A DNA stretch of 11,520 nucleotides from Bdellovibrionales bacterium (GTDB lineage: Bacteria; Bdellovibrionota; Bdellovibrionia; Bdellovibrionales; UBA840), in contig JBBKWS010000117.1 of assembly GCA_037969075.1 (NCBI GenBank), positions 1-11,520 of the forward strand. Direction: 5' to 3'. This document shows, piece after piece, positions 7,229 through 11,520 of this stretch (position 1 is its first letter; each line of letters starts with the position of its first letter). The notes under the pieces were generated by a model. It was given only the letters and a program-made list of their open reading frames with translations. It was not told the origin of the DNA and searched no databases. The translations under genes and the position numbers were made by a program.

Positions 7229-8532
7229 GCGAACAGCGCTCTGGTTTGCTGAATAGCATCTTTTTTTACTTTGTCTTCATCATAGATGGTGGACTTAAAG
7301 TTTTTAACAACCTGTTTACCGTTGATAAATGAATGCTTCACATCTCTACCCGTACAAGAATACACAAGGGCCGAGTACGGATTTTCAACCGTGCATACGC
7401 TTGGGTGACTACGATCTACACAAACAATATCAGCCATTTTTCCGATCTCTAGTGAGCCAATTTCACTTTTTTTGCCAAGCACTTCTGCCCCTCCTATAGT
7501 CGCTAACTCTAGAGCGCTCATTGCAGGCATCGCTTCACTTCCAAATTTTGGTTTTTGCAAAAGGGCGGCTAATTTCATCTCGGCAAAAGGATCTAAACAA
7601 TTGTTGCAAGGTGCACCGTCCGCACCGATCCCTACACAAACCCCTCGTTTTAGATAGGTTTCAATTGGAGCTATTCCGCTTGCTAATTTTAAATTAGAGC
7701 TTGGGCAATGAACAATTTTAGTTTTTCTGTCAATGATCATCTCTAGCTCTTCTTCTGAAATATGGATGCCGTGAGCGATAATCAACTTATCGGTTAATAT
7801 TTTTAGTTTTTCGAAATAGGCAATATTGTCATAACCAGTAAGTTTTTTAACTAGCGCTACTTCATTTTTATTTTCAGAGGCGTGGGTATGAATCATAAGA
7901 TCATATTTTTTTTGTAGATCTCCGCAGGCCAACAGAAGCTCTTCGCTACAAGAAACTACAAACCTAGGGCAAAGAGCATAATCCATTAAATCCGTTTTTT
8001 TGTGCCATTCTTTAATGAGAGATTCGGCCTCTTTCAAAGAGTCTTTTGTAGTTTCATATAGAGGACCAGAATATTCTTTTCGGTCCATCATGCATTTGCC
8101 ACCCAGGTAGCGAAGGCCGCTTTCTTCAACTGTTTCCAATAACTCATTGGTATGGTGAACCGTTGCCATATCCATAATGGTTGTAGTTCCGTTTTTTTGC
8201 ATTTCTAAAATAGAAAGCTTGGCTGAGGACTGGATGCTTTTTTTAGTATGTCTTGATTCCATTGGCCAAATACATGTTTCTAGCCAATCTAAAAGTTGTG
8301 TATCATCGGCCATGCCACGCCCTAGAGTTTGGCATAAATGAACATGTGACTGAATCAATCCAGGAATGACAAACTGATTACTGGCATCCACAATTTTTGC
8401 ATTTGAATTTGTTATTGTTTTTGCAATTTTTGTGATTTTATTTTTTTCAATTAATAGGTCGCCCTTGAAGACTTCGCGCTTGGCATTCATGGTAACTAGA
8501 ACGCCACCCTTTAGTAGTATTGGCTTAGACAT
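7225..8532 (-). CDS. Amidohydrolase-superfamily nucleoside deaminase (5'-deoxyadenosine deaminase / MTA-SAH deaminase-like)
   Basis: PGLIQSHVHLCQTLGRG (HxH metal ligands), LLDWL, HTHASE, HCPSSNLKLASG, GADGAPCNN, GSLEIGKMAD. Start overlaps the PNP stop (TAATG). Substrate not certain. Confidence 0.85.
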   Translation of the reverse strand: MSKPILLKGGVLVTMNAKREVFKGDLLIEKNKITKIAKTITNSNAKIVDASNQFVIPGLIQSHVHLCQTLGRGMADDTQLLDWLETCIWPMESRHTKKSIQSSAKLSILEMQKNGTTTIMDMATVHHTNELLETVEESGLRYLGGKCMMDRKEYSGPLYETTKDSLKEAESLIKEWHKKTDLMDYALCPRFVVSCSEELLLACGDLQKKYDLMIHTHASENKNEVALVKKLTGYDNIAYFEKLKILTDKLIIAHGIHISEEELEMIIDRKTKIVHCPSSNLKLASGIAPIETYLKRGVCVGIGADGAPCNNCLDPFAEMKLAALLQKPKFGSEAMPAMSALELATIGGAEVLGKKSEIGSLEIGKMADIVCVDRSHPSVCTVENPYSALVYSCTGRDVKHSFINGKQVVKNFKSTIYDEDKVKKDAIQQTRALFA

Positions 8533-9347
8533 TAGATTCTCTTTAAAAACTCTACTAAGAAATCACAAAATTTCTGCTCTGCCTCTTTTGCATTTGTGGT
8601 TACTTCTTCATGAGTTAATTTGTTAGCAGAAAGGCCCGCTGCCATATTAGTAAGACAGCTAAGAGCAGCTATCCTTAAGCCTAAGTGGTTAGCCGCAATT
8701 GCTTCTGGTACTGTACTCATACCTACAGCATCGCCACCGATCATTCGTAAATATTGTACCTCAGCAGGTGTTTCATATGTAGGCCCGCTAACTCCGCAAT
8801 AAATTCCTGAGCCGAATGGAACTTTTTGCTCTTTAAAAATTGAGATCATTGTCTGAATTAACTTTTTATCATAGGTTTCTGTCATATCTGGAAATCTGGG
8901 GCCCAAGTGTTTTAGGTTCGGTCCTTTTAACGGGTTATCCCCCATTAAATTAATATGATCTTTAATAATTAAAAAAGCTCCGGCTTTATTTTCTTCACGC
9001 AAACTTCCAGCAGCGTTAGTTAAAATAATTGTTTCTACACCTAGCATTGCTAGGGTTCTTACTGGAAACACCACTTGATGCATCGGGTGGCCCTCGTAAT
9101 AATGTACGCGACCTTGCATGCACGCAATAGCTTGACCATCAACAGTACCAATTAAAAGTTGTCCGTTGTGACCTTCAACAGTGGCGGGGGCAAAATGCGG
9201 AATCTCTGCAAACGGCAGCGACAACTCTACATCTATTTTATTTACGAAGTGACCTAGACCTGAGCCCAGTACGATTCCGATTTTCGGCTTCAAACTCGTT
9301 TTACCTCGGATGAAGTTTGCCGCTTCTTGTAGGTTATCAATTACCAA
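8532..9347 (-). CDS. punA: Purine-nucleoside phosphorylase, trimeric (inosine/guanosine-type)
   Basis: IVLGSGLG, QGRVHYYEG, LTNAAG, GPTYE192TPAE, VGMSTVPE, CLTN234MAAG; TTG start with SD AAGGGG 5 nt upstream. Confidence 0.95.
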   Translation of the reverse strand: MVIDNLQEAANFIRGKTSLKPKIGIVLGSGLGHFVNKIDVELSLPFAEIPHFAPATVEGHNGQLLIGTVDGQAIACMQGRVHYYEGHPMHQVVFPVRTLAMLGVETIILTNAAGSLREENKAGAFLIIKDHINLMGDNPLKGPNLKHLGPRFPDMTETYDKKLIQTMISIFKEQKVPFGSGIYCGVSGPTYETPAEVQYLRMIGGDAVGMSTVPEAIAANHLGLRIAALSCLTNMAAGLSANKLTHEEVTTNAKEAEQKFCDFLVEFLKRI

Positions 9348-9348
9348 C

Positions 9349-10665
9349 TTAACCCCTTGTGGATACTATGGTTTCTCCAATTAACTTTTCCTTAGATATT
9401 GTATCTGCAGAGAACTGAAAAGCATGGCGCAGCACGTCAGACGCGGGCTCGGCCGATTCTTTGTTTTTCGCAAACACCTTGGCGATGGGTTGCCCTGGCT
9501 CAACCTTGTCCCCTATCTTTACTAAAATTTCAAAACCAGATCTTGGATCAATGATGTCATCAATCTTCTTGCGCCCTGCTTGTATAAGAATTCCTGCTAC
9601 ACCAATTTGTTCCACATCAATCGATCTTATGTAACCGCTTTCACTCACGGTTAAATCGATCGGGTCATAGGCGGTTGGCAGTTTTTTTAAATCCCCACCT
9701 TGAGCATGGCATACTCTTTCAAATTTTTCGTGGGCTTTGCCACTCTCAAGAGTTTCTTTAGCTAGCTGATATCCTTCATCAAAGTTTTTAGCCCTACCGG
9801 CTAAACAAAGCATTTCAGAAGATAGAGCCAAACTTAAGATCACAGTATCTTCATATTTCTTATGGCTTGTGGTATCTTTTAATATCTCAAGACACTCCCA
9901 TATCTCCACAGCATTACCCACAAAATGCCCCAAAACTTGGTTCATTGTTGTTAAAAGAACAGTAACTTTCTTGCCGTTAGCCTCGCCGATTGCTTGCAGA
10001 GCTAAAGCTAACTCTCTTGCCTTTTCTTGTGTCTTCATAAAGGCCCCGGTGCCGTACTTAACATCTAATACGAGGGCATCAATGCCTTCGGCTAATTTTT
10101 TTGACATAATGCTGGCACAGATCAATGGGATACTTTCAATCGTCGCTGTCACATCTCGAAGAGCGTAAAGTTTTTTATCTGCCGGGCAAATATTTTTAGT
10201 CTGGCCTATAATACAATGATCAATTTCTTTTAACTGCTGTTTAAATTTTTCAACACTTAGTTGTGTATTAAATCCCGGAATACTTTCTAGTTTATCTAAC
10301 GTACCACCGCTGTGGCCTAATCCGCGACCCGCCATCATTGGCACACAGACATCATTAGCCGCAACAATACTACCTACGATCATTGATGTTTTATCTCCAA
10401 CCCCGCCCGTAGAGTGTTTGTCTACTTTTGGCTTTTCAATAAATGATAGGTCGATCACCTCGCCAGAGTACTGCATGGCCCTTGTTAATTGAGCCGCTTC
10501 AACCATTGTCATCCCTTTTTGATATACAGCCATTGCCCATGCTGCCATTTGATAATCAGGAATTTCGTCTTTTGCATAGGCTTGAATGAGCCAATCAATT
10601 TCTTCATTAGTTAAAATCTCGCCGTCTCTTTTTTTCTTTATAATTTCTCTAACTAAAAATGCCAT
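9349..10665 (-). CDS. deoA: Thymidine / pyrimidine-nucleoside phosphorylase (NP-II family)
   Basis: IIKKKRDG, VDKHSTGGVGDKTS, GRGLGHSGGTLDKLESIPGF, PADKKLYALRDVT, SIMSKKLAEG, LDVKYGTGAFM; TAATG overlap with deoC. The deoA versus pdp assignment rests on Met110. Confidence 0.92.
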   Translation of the reverse strand: MAFLVREIIKKKRDGEILTNEEIDWLIQAYAKDEIPDYQMAAWAMAVYQKGMTMVEAAQLTRAMQYSGEVIDLSFIEKPKVDKHSTGGVGDKTSMIVGSIVAANDVCVPMMAGRGLGHSGGTLDKLESIPGFNTQLSVEKFKQQLKEIDHCIIGQTKNICPADKKLYALRDVTATIESIPLICASIMSKKLAEGIDALVLDVKYGTGAFMKTQEKARELALALQAIGEANGKKVTVLLTTMNQVLGHFVGNAVEIWECLEILKDTTSHKKYEDTVILSLALSSEMLCLAGRAKNFDEGYQLAKETLESGKAHEKFERVCHAQGGDLKKLPTAYDPIDLTVSESGYIRSIDVEQIGVAGILIQAGRKKIDDIIDPRSGFEILVKIGDKVEPGQPIAKVFAKNKESAEPASDVLRHAFQFSADTISKEKLIGETIVSTRG

Positions 10666-11453
10666 TAGTACGTCCCAACACTTGCGCCAACTCCAATGAT
10701 CGCAAGGGACGCGCTTACACCTAAACGATTCGCTCCAGCTTTAACCATTTTTACTGCCTGTTCGCTATCTCTTATTCCACCGCTGGCTTTTACTCCCATT
10801 TCGTTTCCAGCAATCAGGCGAAGTAGTTGTACCGCATCAATGCTGGCCCCCTTAGGCACAAAGCCAGTTGATGTTTTTAAAAAATCAGCGTTTGCAGCTT
10901 TTGCTATAATTGCAGCTCTCGCAGTCTCATCAAGTGATAGTAATCCTGTTTCTAAAATTACTTTTAAAACTTTTGATCCGCAAACCTCTTTGATTTTAAA
11001 AATATCATCAAATACCTCTGTATATTCTGCCGACTTTAAAGCCCCGATATTAATTACCATATCAATTTCGTCAGCACCATCTGCTAAGGCAATTCTTGCT
11101 TCTTCGCATTTCGACTTTGCCTTCATCGCTCCTAGCGGAAACCCAACTGTTGTAGCAACTTTCACCGATGAATTATTCAAAAGACTTTTTGCATATGATA
11201 CCCATGTGGTGTTTACACAAACTGAGAAAAACAAATGCTTTTTGGCTTCTTCGCAGTGCTTAAGGATGTCTGACTTAGTGGTCTCTGGCTTTAGAATCGT
11301 ATGATCGATCAAACTTGCTAATGAAGAAATTGCCTTTATCTCTGGCGGGTCCCAGCTTACAGGGTCTAGGTTTATGCCTTCGATAAGACCTTTAGGCAGG
11401 CTATTTTTAGCCCTTAGTATTTCTTCTGAAAAATTGACAGCATTTGCTTGCAT
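10665..11453 (-). CDS. deoC: Deoxyribose-phosphate aldolase with N-terminal extension
   Basis: IDHTILKP, SVCVN, VGFPLG, GADEIDMVIN, KVILET, FLKTSTG (Schiff-base Lys), GVKASGGIR. Start placed at 11453 (SD AAGGA at 11462-11466, 8-nt spacer) rather than ORF-track 11483, which has no SD. Confidence 0.93.
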   Translation of the reverse strand: MQANAVNFSEEILRAKNSLPKGLIEGINLDPVSWDPPEIKAISSLASLIDHTILKPETTKSDILKHCEEAKKHLFFSVCVNTTWVSYAKSLLNNSSVKVATTVGFPLGAMKAKSKCEEARIALADGADEIDMVINIGALKSAEYTEVFDDIFKIKEVCGSKVLKVILETGLLSLDETARAAIIAKAANADFLKTSTGFVPKGASIDAVQLLRLIAGNEMGVKASGGIRDSEQAVKMVKAGANRLGVSASLAIIGVGASVGTY

Positions 11454-11504
11454 AGTATCCGTCCTTTTAGGGTAAACTCTCATATAGAGGAGACAAAAAG
11501 CAAA

Positions 11505-11520
11505 ATGAAAAAGATATTTG
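11505..11520 (+). CDS. Probable start of a divergent gene (MKKIF..., signal-peptide-like), truncated by the window edge
   Basis: GAGGAG at 11487-11492 followed 12 nt later by ATG AAA AAG ATA TTT. Only five codons are visible and the spacer is somewhat long. Confidence 0.4.

Noticed and set aside
7472..10168. Plus-strand ORFs 7472-7657, 8432-8626, 8620-8802 and 9869-10168
   Set aside because: Antisense shadows of the deaminase, PNP and phosphorylase genes.
10696..11304. 202-aa plus-strand ORF antisense to deoC
   Set aside because: Shadow frame of a well-conserved gene; no recognisable motif or SD.
11454..11483. ORF-track deoC start at 11483 (MRVYPKRTDT...)
   Set aside because: No SD upstream on the minus strand; the Met at 11453 has AAGGA at an 8-nt spacing and is more plausible.
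1..11520. CRISPR arrays, tRNA/rRNA, IS elements, integrases, toxin-antitoxin or defence genes, frameshifted pseudogenes
   Set aside because: No repeat-spacer periodicity, RNA-gene signatures or recombinase/transposase motifs seen. All recognisable genes appear full length, and intergenic gaps are 180 nt or less.

Overview
Gene-dense, AT-rich bacterial window of mostly housekeeping and metabolic genes. In order: a conserved hypothetical gene plus tatB-tatC (+); a convergent three-subunit biotin-dependent acyl-CoA (propionyl/acetyl-CoA) carboxylase operon, carboxyltransferase - biotin carboxylase - biotin carrier (-); a lipoprotein S8 subtilase (-); a divergent PPC/DUF296 protein (+); and a translationally coupled nucleoside-catabolism operon, deoC - thymidine/pyrimidine nucleoside phosphorylase - trimeric purine nucleoside phosphorylase - metal-dependent nucleoside deaminase (-). 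A probable divergent gene starts at the right edge. The gene content is reminiscent of Bdellovibrionota/deltaproteobacteria (inference only). I see no mobile elements, CRISPR arrays, tRNA/rRNA or defence systems, and I cannot claim a new system. The best leads are (i) a structured, pseudoknot/switch-like 5' region upstream of the subtilase, (ii) a deo-type operon that lacks deoB but includes a deaminase, with active-site signatures pointing to deoxynucleoside scavenging, and (iii) an epsilon/PccX-like tail on the biotin carboxylase.
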